From IMG/VR virus record IMGVR_UViG_3300009593_002680: a stretch of 64,000 bases of DNA; one strand, 5' to 3'. Positions 48,823 to 58,787 of the stretch are shown piece after piece. Numbering within the stretch: the first letter of the stretch is position 1; every line of letters starts with the position of its first letter. The notes below the pieces were generated by a model, which saw nothing but the letters and a program-made list of their open reading frames with translations, was not told the DNA's origin and did no database searches. The position numbers and the translations under genes are program-made. This DNA is from a virus.

Positions 48823-50420
48823 TACACTAATCCTGCTAATTTTTTAATTTCTTCCATTTCGTAATCAGGTTCACCATGGTCTTTAAAGTCTGCATTATGA
48901 ACAGTATCTTCTATAACACCTAATACAATTTCATCTCTATCGTCATCTGAATGTAAGCCATGTTCTCTGCCATACTCATCGATTTCGTCACCTAACTCTT
49001 CTAAACTAAGACCCATAACTTCTGCTAGGTCTTCTTCACCATTTTCGTATGCAGTGATTAATCTGTCATGTAATTCATCTTCTTGACTTGGTTCACCAAA
49101 TGGAGCACTTTCATCTTTGTAACCTTTTTCCATTTCTTCTTGACTTGGCTCGCCTGCATCTGAAGGAACATAGTCAGGATGTTCTTCATTATATGTTTTA
49201 TTAAGTTCTTCCCAATCCCACATACCTTTGTATTCTGCATCAAATTCTTCTTCACTCATTTGCATAGCATCGATGATTATATCTTTTAATCTACCTTCAT
49301 CTACTATACCATAATCTTCTCTTACATCATTTAAGTCCATCTCAGGTGCAACAAAACTTTCTGATTGTTGTACAATCTTTTTATCGTAAGCAAAGTCTAT
49401 CATATTTTTAAGACCTTTGCTTGTTTGTATTGCATCTAAGAACTTTTCTCTAGCAGATTGTTCTTCTCCCATTCTAGCACTTGACAACATGTCCATCATT
49501 TGCTTTAATGCTTTTGCTTCTGCAGGTGAAACGTCAACTGATTGACCATCGTCTGTTTTTACTTGAGTGACCGGAGTAAATTTTTTGATTTTCATTGCAT
49601 CAGCATCTTGACTAACTTCATCGCTATCTATGATTTTACCTAATTGGGTAATCATACTGTCTTGCTCGTATCCTGGTTTTGTTGCATATTCGTCATCATC
49701 GTCATTTGTCATGCCGGTATCAACGTCTGCATCAAAGTTTACTGGCGGTGCTTCGTTAAGCATACCTGCCAAAAATTTCATAATGTCTAATTGTTCACTC
49801 ATTTTTTCACCTATTAATTTGTCTTTGAAAAGATTAAATATGTTTTCATTAAATTCTCCCATATATTTTTGGAAGATTTCCTTTCTCTTTTCAGTATCTT
49901 CAACACTTGTGAATGCTTTTCTAAAAGCACTTGCACTTGCAACTTCACCTCTACCTGCTACTGTAGGAGCAAGATAAATGTATCCTCTATCACTCATTGG
50001 TAATGCAGGATGTTGCTCTAATGTATTTATCATCTGATAGTAAGTTGGACGGGTTTCTCCTCGTAGAGACATGTTTAAACCTGTAGAATCGTCGATATTT
50101 TTCATTGGAAACCTATCTTCGTCCTTTCCACCTACTGCAAATATGACCATTGTGTTCTTTTGGTCAAATTCTTTCATGTAACTATCTATTAAGTATGGAT
50201 TTGCGGCAAGTATGATATTCTCTTCTGGAATACCATGCATTTGTGTTATAATTTCTTTTTTTTCTTCAAAACTAAAAGGACTTTTACTTCCTTCTACTTT
50301 ATTTGATGTAGCAACATATACTTCAGCACCTGGAAATTGTGCCTGTAGTTTACTATATACTTCCTGATGATGTGGGAGCATAGGTTGAAATCTACCTGGA
50401 TATATTACTATTTTTTTCAT
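48822..50420 (-). CDS. Cytidylyltransferase-like (HIGH-type) nucleotidyltransferase fused to an acidic domain
   Basis: IYPGRFQPMLPHH, VGGKD and SASAFR; acidic C-terminal half ending IKKLAGLV. Confidence 0.75.
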   Translation of the reverse strand: MKKIVIYPGRFQPMLPHHQEVYSKLQAQFPGAEVYVATSNKVEGSKSPFSFEEKKEIITQMHGIPEENIILAANPYLIDSYMKEFDQKNTMVIFAVGGKDEDRFPMKNIDDSTGLNMSLRGETRPTYYQMINTLEQHPALPMSDRGYIYLAPTVAGRGEVASASAFRKAFTSVEDTEKRKEIFQKYMGEFNENIFNLFKDKLIGEKMSEQLDIMKFLAGMLNEAPPVNFDADVDTGMTNDDDDEYATKPGYEQDSMITQLGKIIDSDEVSQDADAMKIKKFTPVTQVKTDDGQSVDVSPAEAKALKQMMDMLSSARMGEEQSAREKFLDAIQTSKGLKNMIDFAYDKKIVQQSESFVAPEMDLNDVREDYGIVDEGRLKDIIIDAMQMSEEEFDAEYKGMWDWEELNKTYNEEHPDYVPSDAGEPSQEEMEKGYKDESAPFGEPSQEDELHDRLITAYENGEEDLAEVMGLSLEELGDEIDEYGREHGLHSDDDRDEIVLGVIEDTVHNADFKDHGEPDYEMEEIKKLAGLV

Positions 50421-50686
50421 AATTCTACAATTCTTACTGTTAAGTCTGTGCTACCTTTAATAAGTTTATGTATAGAATTTTTATTGATATGGATTGATGT
50501 GCCTGGGCCTATCTCTTTTGCTGTTTCACCTTGGTATTGAAATTTCCAACCAACACCTTCTAAAACTTGCATAAATCTTGTACTACCATCTGTGTGCCAA
50601 TCTAATTCTATGTGGTCTAAACTTGTTAATGGTATTTTTTTCTCAAACACATTATTATTTTTCTCTAGTGTCTGTGTGCTTGGCAT
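50417..50686 (-). CDS. Small cupin protein
   Basis: WHTD, GWKFQ and IHKLIKG. Confidence 0.75.
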   Translation of the reverse strand: MPSTQTLEKNNNVFEKKIPLTSLDHIELDWHTDGSTRFMQVLEGVGWKFQYQGETAKEIGPGTSIHINKNSIHKLIKGSTDLTVRIVEL

Positions 50687-50688
50687 GA

Positions 50689-52146
50689 TTATCCTTGATG
50701 CTCGTCATTAGCAAAGAGGTTTGCTAAAAACCCTGCTTTTTTTGGAGCCTTTTCTCTTTTCTTATTATAACTAGGTGTTGATTTTCTCATTTGACTTTTA
50801 CGTTTTTGCATTAAGTCTTTACCTAGTTTAGTTTTAATATCTGCTTCTTCTTTATCGTCTATACTTTTAAATATTTTTTTATCTTTGTTAAACTTGAATT
50901 CTTTTCCACGTACATCTTTAACAACGTCAGCAACTCCAACGTCTTTGTAACTTCTTTCTTCTAATCTAACATCATATACTACTTTGCTTAATCTTGCAAT
51001 AGTATCTGCTAATTCTGGATTTACACTTTCTAATTCTGAGTATAGTTCTTGTGGACTATATTGTAATGCTTCTTCTTGGTCTTTCTTTAATGCTTTACCT
51101 AATATAGTACATACTGTATTTTCTTCTGGAGTATTTTCTTGCTTTGGCAATGCCATTGCTTCACCAAATGCCATTTTAGATGCTTTACCTAGTATTTCAC
51201 TTCTTTGTCCTCTACCCATGTGTGGGAAGTCTGCCTGCATTTGTTGATATGCTAGTCTAGGATCATCCATTTGTTTCATATAACTAGCAACTTGTTTAAT
51301 TACTTCTTCGTCACCTGGATATTCGTCTTTGGATTTTTGTCTATCTGCTTTACGTTCATCATGCTTAACTATGTCGAGCCAATCTGCTCCTGTTAGTTCA
51401 CCTTCGTCACAGCCAAAAATACCAACGCCATCACATTCAGTGCCTTCTTCGTACTCTTCTGTTTCATCATTGTACATTTCTTCTTCACCATCCATAAAGC
51501 CATTTCCACCACAACCTGGACATATACCTTGCATAATACTTTCTTGGTCATCTTTGTCAAATTTATCTAAGTCATCTTGCATGTTATCGTATGCTTCTTG
51601 TCTTTCTTCAGCATCGTAGTAATCATCAGGCTCACCTATCATATTATCTGCATAGTCGCCTCTTGCTGGATTGTAGTCTGGAGCACCTATGGATGCTTCA
51701 TCAGTTTCAGTTTTACCTAAAACTTTCTTCTTAAATTTATCACTAACATCTGCTGGGTGGTCTGGATTATCTTTGTTTAATGAATAGTACCCAGGACCTT
51801 TAAGATTTTTTATAAAGTCTGATAATTTTTTACCACTTTTATCAAACTTTTTGATTTGATCTCTTATGCTTATATCGTCTGTTGCTTCGGCATGCATAGC
51901 CGCCATATGGTCTTTGTATTTTTTAGTACCTTTTTTGTGTGGGGATTTGCCTTCTATAACTTCAAAATCACTAGTACCTGTACCAGTGTAACGTGATGCT
52001 GTTCCACCATGTTGTGCTCTGGCTTTTTCTATTGCACTATTCTTATGCATAGCAGTAACTTTATAAGTTTTACCGCTTATTTTGTGCTTAACAGTATAGT
52101 GCCTGAAAGATTCTTCTAGTGTTTTATAAAAGTCTGATAGTTTCAT
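50689..52146 (-). CDS. Probable virion internal protein with CxxCxGxG motif
   Basis: MKLSDFYKTLEES; EGKSPHKKG; CPGCGGNG. Confidence 0.6.
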   Translation of the reverse strand: MKLSDFYKTLEESFRHYTVKHKISGKTYKVTAMHKNSAIEKARAQHGGTASRYTGTGTSDFEVIEGKSPHKKGTKKYKDHMAAMHAEATDDISIRDQIKKFDKSGKKLSDFIKNLKGPGYYSLNKDNPDHPADVSDKFKKKVLGKTETDEASIGAPDYNPARGDYADNMIGEPDDYYDAEERQEAYDNMQDDLDKFDKDDQESIMQGICPGCGGNGFMDGEEEMYNDETEEYEEGTECDGVGIFGCDEGELTGADWLDIVKHDERKADRQKSKDEYPGDEEVIKQVASYMKQMDDPRLAYQQMQADFPHMGRGQRSEILGKASKMAFGEAMALPKQENTPEENTVCTILGKALKKDQEEALQYSPQELYSELESVNPELADTIARLSKVVYDVRLEERSYKDVGVADVVKDVRGKEFKFNKDKKIFKSIDDKEEADIKTKLGKDLMQKRKSQMRKSTPSYNKKREKAPKKAGFLANLFANDEHQG

Positions 52147-52152
52147 GTAAAC

Positions 52153-52160
52153 TATTTATC
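52153..52160 (-). promoter_or_regulatory. Late promoter box GATAAATA (predicted leaderless)
   Basis: 6 nt before ATG 52146. Confidence 0.7.
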
Positions 52161-52173
52161 ACTTTTAGGAGAT

Positions 52174-52419
52174 TTACTTGTCTTCTTGTAGTTCGTCTTC
52201 TTGGTCTTTTCTTTCAACCCATACAAGATTAATGCCTCTACGTTGTAGTTCTTTAATACATTTTACTCTTGTTTTAGGTTTGTATGAACCTTTTTCTTTA
52301 TTGACGTATTCGAAAAGGAATTCTGTTGATTTTGCTTTGATGTAGTCATGTTCCCAATGCCACTTTGTACGGCTACCTTTTGCATATTTTTTCATTGATG
52401 GACCGAATTTTACTGGCAT
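52174..52419 (-). CDS. Small basic hypothetical protein
   Basis: GGGAG SD; 81 aa. Confidence 0.7.
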   Translation of the reverse strand: MPVKFGPSMKKYAKGSRTKWHWEHDYIKAKSTEFLFEYVNKEKGSYKPKTRVKCIKELQRRGINLVWVERKDQEDELQEDK

Positions 52420-52421
52420 TG

Positions 52422-52580
52422 TTATCTCCCTTGACCTCTGTACTTCTTATGAGAACGTTTTTTATGCTTGTTCATAGTAGATGTTGATATCTTACAACGT
52501 CTACCGCGACCGCCTTGTCCTATGGAACTACATTTCCTTGTAGGTGTTATAGTACTTACTTTTCTTGCCGCTCTAGCCAT
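52422..52580 (-). CDS. 52-aa highly basic peptide (not in ORF track)
   Basis: GAGGGG SD; MARAARKVSTITPTRKCSSIGQGGRGRRCKISTSTMNKHKKRSHKKYRGQGR. Confidence 0.75.
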   Translation of the reverse strand: MARAARKVSTITPTRKCSSIGQGGRGRRCKISTSTMNKHKKRSHKKYRGQGR

Positions 52581-52626
52581 TACCCCTCATGGTTGAACAA
52601 TTCACTATGAACTGTTTTGATGTATG

Positions 52627-52634
52627 TATTTATT
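52627..52634 (-). promoter_or_regulatory. Late promoter box AATAAATA
   Basis: Minus strand, upstream of ATG 52580. Confidence 0.55.
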
Positions 52635-52655
52635 TAAAAACTATTTTAATGGAAA

Positions 52656-55241
52656 CTAAACTGGAAATTTACCCATATGACCCGGGTCATATTTTCTGTA
52701 AGAAGGTGCAGGTTGTGTAGGTTGTTGTCTTTGTTGTTGCTGTCTTTGTTGTTGTGCTTGTTCGGGATCTTGTTGTTGTCCTAATTGAGAACCATGTTGT
52801 TTAGTTGCTTGTTGTGGTTGTTGTATTCCTGCTCTTTTTTGTAAGTCTGCTATATCTTGTTGTTGTTCAGGTTGTTCAGGTTGTTCAGGTTGTTCAGGTG
52901 TAATTCCTTGGAATGCTTGTTCTATTTCTTTTTTTGTAACTCCTGATTTAACTAAAAATGCTTTTACTTCTTCTGAATCTGTTGGAGAACCTGATGCTTG
53001 ATAATCACTTTGTAATTTTTCAATATCTAGAGCACCTTGGCTACCTGTAAGTTTTTTAACTTGATTTAAAAAGTTTTGTATAGCAGGACTGCCCATTACT
53101 GGTTTTAATAAAGCACTCATTCCAGCACTTACGGCACCACCTACTGCTTTGGCTCCTTTGGCAACTGCACCACCAACGGCACCAGTAGCCTTTCTGTAAG
53201 CACCACCAATTTTCTTAGCAATATCCATAGGACCTTCTGCTAATGCTTTTGAGGTATCTTCTATTAATCTGTGTTCTTGTAAATGTTCAAACCCTTCTAG
53301 TATAATTATGTTTTCTTTTATCCAACTGTTATACCATTCTAACATCACAAACACAGCAAGTTCAGGACCTAAGTCTTCTGTGAGTTGAACAAAGTCCTCA
53401 CCAACTTCTTCTGTTAGTGCTATGGTCCATTCGTTATTAAACTGCATGGATTCTTTTTGTTCTTGTGCACCTTGTACAAATTGTTTTTTAATGCTTTCAT
53501 CTGCTGTTCCCATTGCCGCAACTGCTATTGGTACAGCCGCCGCTTCAACATATTTTTTCACAGAGTTTTCTAATTGTTTTTTTACTTTTGCTGGTTCCCA
53601 TATAAGATCCGATGCTTCTCTTTCTATACCAGCTCTAGCGGCATTGTTTATTCTATTTTGTTGAAACATGTCTTCAATACTACTGTATTTTGCACCGTTT
53701 TCTTTTGCCTGTTGCATTAAATCTTGATATGCTCTCTCATACCACATAGGAGTTTCATATGCAGTTCCTTGCCATCCATGCATAACAGAAGTTAAGCCAG
53801 TTTCATGATTTGTTACCATTAATTCAAAAGCACTTTGGAATTGAACATCTGGTAAACCAGGTAATCTAATATCTACAGAATTAAAGTATATTGAATGTTT
53901 TCCATCACCTGCTTTTTCAATTATAGCATCACCTATGTCTATACCACTGTCTGTTATAACCTTTGTAGCCTCCGCCGCCGCAGTATCTAAACTTGATTCT
54001 TGGGCTATGACATTAAATACTGCACCAACTTCAGTCCTATAGTCACTCATATATTGATTTATTTCCATTGCTTTAACAACTTCTTGAATATCTTTTGCAG
54101 AAGCATCATATTGTTCACCAAGTTTATATATATTTTGAACTATTGTTTCGTCTAAAGGAGAAGCAAGGTCTAAATCAATACCTGCTTTTGCTAAATCTTC
54201 GGCACTGATTGGTTCTAAACCTCTGTCTGGTCTTTCCCAATCTTTTTCAGTACCGTCAAGCGAACTTCTAGGTAAATCTTGCGTACCTACTAAATCAAAT
54301 TCTTGTTGTAATACCTCTGTACCACCTAATTCTTCTATTTTTGCATCAAGGAAATCAGAAGCATCTGAAATTGCTTTTTGACCTACTTCATCTATTTTAT
54401 CCATACTTGCTTCTAATTGGCTAAAAACTCTTGCTGTGTCTAAAAGTTCTCTTGCTGATTCTTGGTTTAAATTATCTATACTTGTTGCACTCATGGCTTC
54501 TAAATCATTTAAGTTTATTTCACCGTTAGATTTAATTGGGATAATTTCTGTGATAGTTTCATCTGGGAATACTTCGGTTGCAAGTTCAGAAATACCTAAA
54601 CCTATAGAACCTGCAATAGCACCTGCAACAAAACCAACTCCTGCATCTTTACCAATGTCTGCTACTGAGCCACCTGCCGCGGCTGTAATGGCACTATCAA
54701 CTACTGTTCTAAATAAAGCCGCACTACTAATAACTCCTAATACTGCAGGACCACCAGCACCAGCAACACCCATGCCAATTGTTATAATAGTAATCATTAA
54801 TCCTTTAAAAGCGGCAAGGTCTTCATCATTTTTTATTTGTGATGCTCCGTTTTTAATAGAACTTACTACAGCACTTGCTTTAGAACCTGCTGGTTCAGGT
54901 AATCCAGCAACTAATTTTTGCAATTTATCCATAGGTACTGCATTACCTACTTTGGATAATATACTGTTTAGTTTTGGATTACTTGTAATTTTAGTAAAAA
55001 TTGGTGTAATAAGTCCAGCAACTTTTTTCATTGCCGGACCGGCTTGCATCATATCAGAATTTCTAGTATCTGATATTTTTTGGAATACTGATTGTATTTG
55101 TGCAGGTTGTAGTTCTGCTTCTTCTAACTTATTAAGTTCTGCAATGATTGTTTCAACATCATTTCTAACATCAACAGGCAGTTCTTGCCATGCTTCGTTA
55201 ATCATAACACTTTCGTTAATGATGTTTATATATTCTCTCAT
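52656..55241 (-). CDS. Large probable virion protein with hydrophobic G/A-rich segments and a Q-rich tail
   Basis: MREYINIINESVMINEAW; hydrophobic stretch LMITIITIGMGVAGAGGPAVLGVI; (PEQ)4 and poly-Q tail. Confidence 0.6.
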   Translation of the reverse strand: MREYINIINESVMINEAWQELPVDVRNDVETIIAELNKLEEAELQPAQIQSVFQKISDTRNSDMMQAGPAMKKVAGLITPIFTKITSNPKLNSILSKVGNAVPMDKLQKLVAGLPEPAGSKASAVVSSIKNGASQIKNDEDLAAFKGLMITIITIGMGVAGAGGPAVLGVISSAALFRTVVDSAITAAAGGSVADIGKDAGVGFVAGAIAGSIGLGISELATEVFPDETITEIIPIKSNGEINLNDLEAMSATSIDNLNQESARELLDTARVFSQLEASMDKIDEVGQKAISDASDFLDAKIEELGGTEVLQQEFDLVGTQDLPRSSLDGTEKDWERPDRGLEPISAEDLAKAGIDLDLASPLDETIVQNIYKLGEQYDASAKDIQEVVKAMEINQYMSDYRTEVGAVFNVIAQESSLDTAAAEATKVITDSGIDIGDAIIEKAGDGKHSIYFNSVDIRLPGLPDVQFQSAFELMVTNHETGLTSVMHGWQGTAYETPMWYERAYQDLMQQAKENGAKYSSIEDMFQQNRINNAARAGIEREASDLIWEPAKVKKQLENSVKKYVEAAAVPIAVAAMGTADESIKKQFVQGAQEQKESMQFNNEWTIALTEEVGEDFVQLTEDLGPELAVFVMLEWYNSWIKENIIILEGFEHLQEHRLIEDTSKALAEGPMDIAKKIGGAYRKATGAVGGAVAKGAKAVGGAVSAGMSALLKPVMGSPAIQNFLNQVKKLTGSQGALDIEKLQSDYQASGSPTDSEEVKAFLVKSGVTKKEIEQAFQGITPEQPEQPEQPEQQQDIADLQKRAGIQQPQQATKQHGSQLGQQQDPEQAQQQRQQQQRQQPTQPAPSYRKYDPGHMGKFPV
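52863..52898. repeat. Coding 9-nt tandem repeat, about 4 copies (PEQ)
   Basis: (TTGTTCAGG)4. Confidence 0.8.
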
Positions 55242-55507
55242 TTAAACTGTTTACTCTCTGATTTAAGTTTTTTAACTTCTTTTTCCAGTGTAACTATTCT
55301 TTTTGCTAGTAATGGATATTGTGCTAACCATTTTTCTTCTCTACTAGCAATTTCAATATCATATCTTTTTGCTACCCACTCCATAGTGTTGTCCATTTTT
55401 ACTTGAAACCATACACCTACTTTTGTGTTTTTAAACCATTGATAAAAACTACTTCCTATTATACTCGATAAAATACTTTTTAATGTTAGTATGAATAACC
55501 AATGCAT
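55238..55507 (-). CDS. Hypothetical protein
   Basis: 89-aa coupled ORF. Confidence 0.7.
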   Translation of the reverse strand: MHWLFILTLKSILSSIIGSSFYQWFKNTKVGVWFQVKMDNTMEWVAKRYDIEIASREEKWLAQYPLLAKRIVTLEKEVKKLKSESKQFK

Positions 55508-56838
55508 TACTTCTCTCTATTTTCCCACTCTAAATCTTCTAAGTCCATTTCAAGTTCTTCTATCTTGTTTGCTACTTCTTTGTATTTGTCTTCAAATACT
55601 TCTTCCATTTCATAAATGGCGGACTCTAATCTACTTTTTGCATCATATACTTGACGTTCATGGTAGTCTAATTCTTTTTCATCTATACCCAATTTATCTG
55701 CAAGTCCTGAAAGACCAACCAATATTTCACTTGTAGTATTCTCATATTTGATTGCTTTAGTAATATCTCTTGCTTCACTATGTCCAAATTCTAATTTGTC
55801 TGCAATAGGTTGTAGTTTTTCTATTTCTTGTTGTATTCTTTGTTTTGTTGCTTCTTCTTCTAAAGGCTCTAACTGCCATCTGCCTGTCGGTCTATTATGG
55901 CTTCTAGGATCTGCTTTTTTACTAATCATTTGTGCTAGTTGTTTAAGCAGTTCATCGTCGTCTTGTGCTTCGTCTTTTAATTTTTTAAGTATAGAATCTA
56001 TAACAGCACTTTTTTGTGCAATAAAAGTACCTTCTTCTAGTTGTGATATATCCATATGTTGCATAACGTCATATACTACATCACCGCTATTAACAACATC
56101 TATTACTCTACCACTAGCAAAGTTTCCAATTGGTTGTCCACCTACTTCCATTCTAGGGTCAACACAATCTTCAACATTTAATCTTTCTAATTCTTGATAT
56201 ATTGCATATCCCAAATCATCTGTGTTTTCAAATTGTCCTTCTTCTCCAGCAAAGTCATCTACTAATTTTTCAATACATGCATGTTGGATAATACTTCTTT
56301 CTTCGCCTTCATCTAATTGTTTTTGAATTTCTTTTTTTGCATCTTTTCTGTTATAGTCTTTTGGTGACTTGTGGGCACCTGCTCCACTCATGTTTCTTGA
56401 ATGTTTTGCTACTGGATTATTTTGTTTTGGCATTTTATCCTTCTTTTTACTTTCTACTATTTCTGGATCTATTTCTTGTGCTGTGAATTGTTGCATTAAA
56501 TCAACAATGTCATCATCGTGGTCTATAATTTTATAGTCTTGGTCAATAATAAGTGCCACATTGTCTGCATAACCATGATTCTCACCACTTAAAATGTGCA
56601 TACCATTACTTAACTCTATGTGGTCATCTTGATTTACCCATCGGTGTATTGCGGCTTCAACTTCTTCATGTGGAAGTTTGTCCAACTTAGGCTCTGTATT
56701 AAGTTTGGTTACATCTTCGCCAACAAGTTTACCTTGATAAGGATGAGGACTCTCATGCCCTGTATTAGGTTTAGTTTTTTTAGGCTTTTTGCTTTTAGCC
56801 TTAACTTGTTTTGCTTCTACTACATCACCTATTTTCAT
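55507..56838 (-). CDS. Probable virion internal protein
   Basis: MKIGDVVEA; HESPHPYQGKLVGE and NPVAKH...GAGAHK modules separated by xxE motifs. Confidence 0.6.
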   Translation of the reverse strand: MKIGDVVEAKQVKAKSKKPKKTKPNTGHESPHPYQGKLVGEDVTKLNTEPKLDKLPHEEVEAAIHRWVNQDDHIELSNGMHILSGENHGYADNVALIIDQDYKIIDHDDDIVDLMQQFTAQEIDPEIVESKKKDKMPKQNNPVAKHSRNMSGAGAHKSPKDYNRKDAKKEIQKQLDEGEERSIIQHACIEKLVDDFAGEEGQFENTDDLGYAIYQELERLNVEDCVDPRMEVGGQPIGNFASGRVIDVVNSGDVVYDVMQHMDISQLEEGTFIAQKSAVIDSILKKLKDEAQDDDELLKQLAQMISKKADPRSHNRPTGRWQLEPLEEEATKQRIQQEIEKLQPIADKLEFGHSEARDITKAIKYENTTSEILVGLSGLADKLGIDEKELDYHERQVYDAKSRLESAIYEMEEVFEDKYKEVANKIEELEMDLEDLEWENREK

Positions 56839-57314
56839 TATACACTCTCTAATCTTACCATTAATCTTTCAGCACGGTTAGTTACTTGTTTGTGCCATCT
56901 TGAATCTCTGCCTTCTACTGCGGCTGTTTTCCAATCGCTTTCTAGTATTGCGGCATGCATTTTTTTAAATTTACTTAATCTTGTTCTTCCCATGTTAAAC
57001 ATCATATTAACCAGGATTTCTTGTACTTCTCCTGGTAAGTTTCCAAACACCCCGTCTTCGTATAGTAACTCACATTCACTAACTGCTGTGTCGAGGTCTT
57101 TTTCAAAACATTCTTTTGTTCTTTCTTCTGAGACTGGTGTACCAACTTCTTGTCCGTATTCGGGGTCTGATTCGAGGACGAGATGCCCGACACCAAATGT
57201 TGGGTACCCGAGATGGTCTTTATAGATTTCATTAACAACTCCTTCGTCTATTTTAAGTTGTTCAAATACTGCTTCTCTATTCAATTTCGTATCCTTAAAT
57301 AAATTTTTAAACAT
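56838..57314 (-). CDS. T4-type (GH24) lysozyme
   Basis: DEG...YKDHLGYPTFGVGH, MMFNMG and SRWHKQVTNRAERL; likely start ATG 57314. Confidence 0.92.
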   Translation of the reverse strand: MFKNLFKDTKLNREAVFEQLKIDEGVVNEIYKDHLGYPTFGVGHLVLESDPEYGQEVGTPVSEERTKECFEKDLDTAVSECELLYEDGVFGNLPGEVQEILVNMMFNMGRTRLSKFKKMHAAILESDWKTAAVEGRDSRWHKQVTNRAERLMVRLESV

Positions 57315-57322
57315 TATGTGTG

Positions 57323-57330
57323 TATTTATC
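57323..57330 (-). promoter_or_regulatory. Late promoter box GATAAATA
   Basis: 8 nt before ATG 57314. Confidence 0.65.
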
Positions 57331-57350
57331 ATGAATCCAGTATTTTGTTC

Positions 57351-57379
57351 AAAAAAAAGCACACCCTAAGGTGTGCTTT
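57351..57379 (-). terminator. Rho-independent terminator
   Basis: Minus strand AAAGCACACC-TTAG-GGTGTGC-TTTTTTTT. Confidence 0.88.
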
Positions 57380-57403
57380 AAATTCTTTTTCTACTTATAC
57401 TTG

Positions 57404-57988
57404 CTAGGTAATTGCACCGTAATCTCTTGTGATATTACTTTGTATTCCAGCCTGTGTTAGCACTACTGCTGTTACAGTACAAGTACCATTACTGGCACTA
57501 CCTGCCGCTACAGTGGCTTTTACGTCTGTTGCAGAACTGTAAATATGCTGATGCGTACTTTGAAATTGGAATGTTTGCGTCATATCAGCATCACCTGTAC
57601 CAAAATGTCTATCAGTATCTCCATCATCTCCAACAATAATTGTTGTTGTGTCATCAGCACTAACCCACGGACTTCCAATGTCAACATGTATGCTGTAAAT
57701 CATAGAATTTGCAGGTGCTTCAAACAAAGTTGTTGTACCTGAATTGTATGCTATTGACGTACTAACGTATTGTGCTATAGTTTGGGTTGCACTATCAAAT
57801 TGCCCTTTTGTAAAAAATGCTGTAGCCTGAGTTGCATCAGCACCTTTAACTTCAACAAGAGTAGAGCCGTCATTGTCAGTGAATGTAAATTCATTATCTG
57901 TAGTGTTTGTGAGAAGTTTTAATCCGCGTTTTCCGAACTGTACTAAACTGCCTAGTCCTTTTAACCCGAAGTTGTTGATATCTGCCAT
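57404..57988 (-). CDS. Probable structural protein
   Basis: Own late promoter, GGAG SD and terminator; T/A/G-rich. Confidence 0.6.
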   Translation of the reverse strand: MADINNFGLKGLGSLVQFGKRGLKLLTNTTDNEFTFTDNDGSTLVEVKGADATQATAFFTKGQFDSATQTIAQYVSTSIAYNSGTTTLFEAPANSMIYSIHVDIGSPWVSADDTTTIIVGDDGDTDRHFGTGDADMTQTFQFQSTHQHIYSSATDVKATVAAGSASNGTCTVTAVVLTQAGIQSNITRDYGAIT

Positions 57989-58034
57989 TTGGTTACTCCA
58001 ATATTATAATCGATTATAGTATTTCTACTATTAG

Positions 58035-58042
58035 TATTTATC
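58035..58042 (-). promoter_or_regulatory. Late promoter box GATAAATA
   Basis: Minus strand, upstream of ATG 57988. Confidence 0.7.
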
Positions 58043-58787
58043 GAAATTTTGAATCGATGTACTTTATAAGGCAGTCCGCAAGAACTTGTATGCCTTTATC
58101 ATTAGGATGGTGGTCTATTATTTTACTATGGTCAGTCATGTTAATATGCAGAGCAGGATCACCTTGTAAGGCATGACTCAAAGGAAACCAATCTATTATT
58201 TCGTTAAAACAATAAGATGATTGGTTTGAATTTATTAAATGCTGATGAAGTCCTTTTATTCTTTCTTTTTCAGTATTGATACCATCTTTATTTACTCCTC
58301 CATTTGGCAATGAATGTTGAAAATGTATTGTTCCCCATATAACTGTAGAATTTGGAATTAACTTTTTCCAATTCATAATTTTTTCTAACGATTGCATATC
58401 AAGAGTATGAAATAAATCTTTTACAATCATTTTCTTTATTGTTTTATTAAGCATTCCTCCATCTACACCTGTATGTGGATCATGACGTAAATGCTCAGGT
58501 AATATACTGTCTATACTTCCTATTATACCTTGCATGGGATAAAGTATTGGAAGTCGCCATGGTGTTGTCATACCAAATATGATTAAAGGCTTTTTAAATT
58601 GTTTCATATTGTCAGGAGTATGTTGTAATGGTTGTAATGCAATTTCATAATTACTAGAACCACCCCTGGCTAAATTTGCATGTGGTACTTCATAATGTCT
58701 AGATAGCAAGTTGGGCCACATATCTCCGTCTACAGTCTTGTGATATTTTGTAAAACTATCTCCACATGCTATAATACTATCAAACAT
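58038..58787 (-). CDS. SGNH-like hypothetical protein
   Basis: ACGDSFT, NLARGGSSN and DHHPN. Confidence 0.65.
   Translation of the reverse strand: MFDSIIACGDSFTKYHKTVDGDMWPNLLSRHYEVPHANLARGGSSNYEIALQPLQHTPDNMKQFKKPLIIFGMTTPWRLPILYPMQGIIGSIDSILPEHLRHDPHTGVDGGMLNKTIKKMIVKDLFHTLDMQSLEKIMNWKKLIPNSTVIWGTIHFQHSLPNGGVNKDGINTEKERIKGLHQHLINSNQSSYCFNEIIDWFPLSHALQGDPALHINMTDHSKIIDHHPNDKGIQVLADCLIKYIDSKFR

Noticed and set aside
52863-52898. 9-nt tandem repeat as a regulatory or phase-variable element
   Set aside because: It is an in-frame coding repeat (PEQ) in a low-complexity tail; length changes would not shift the frame.
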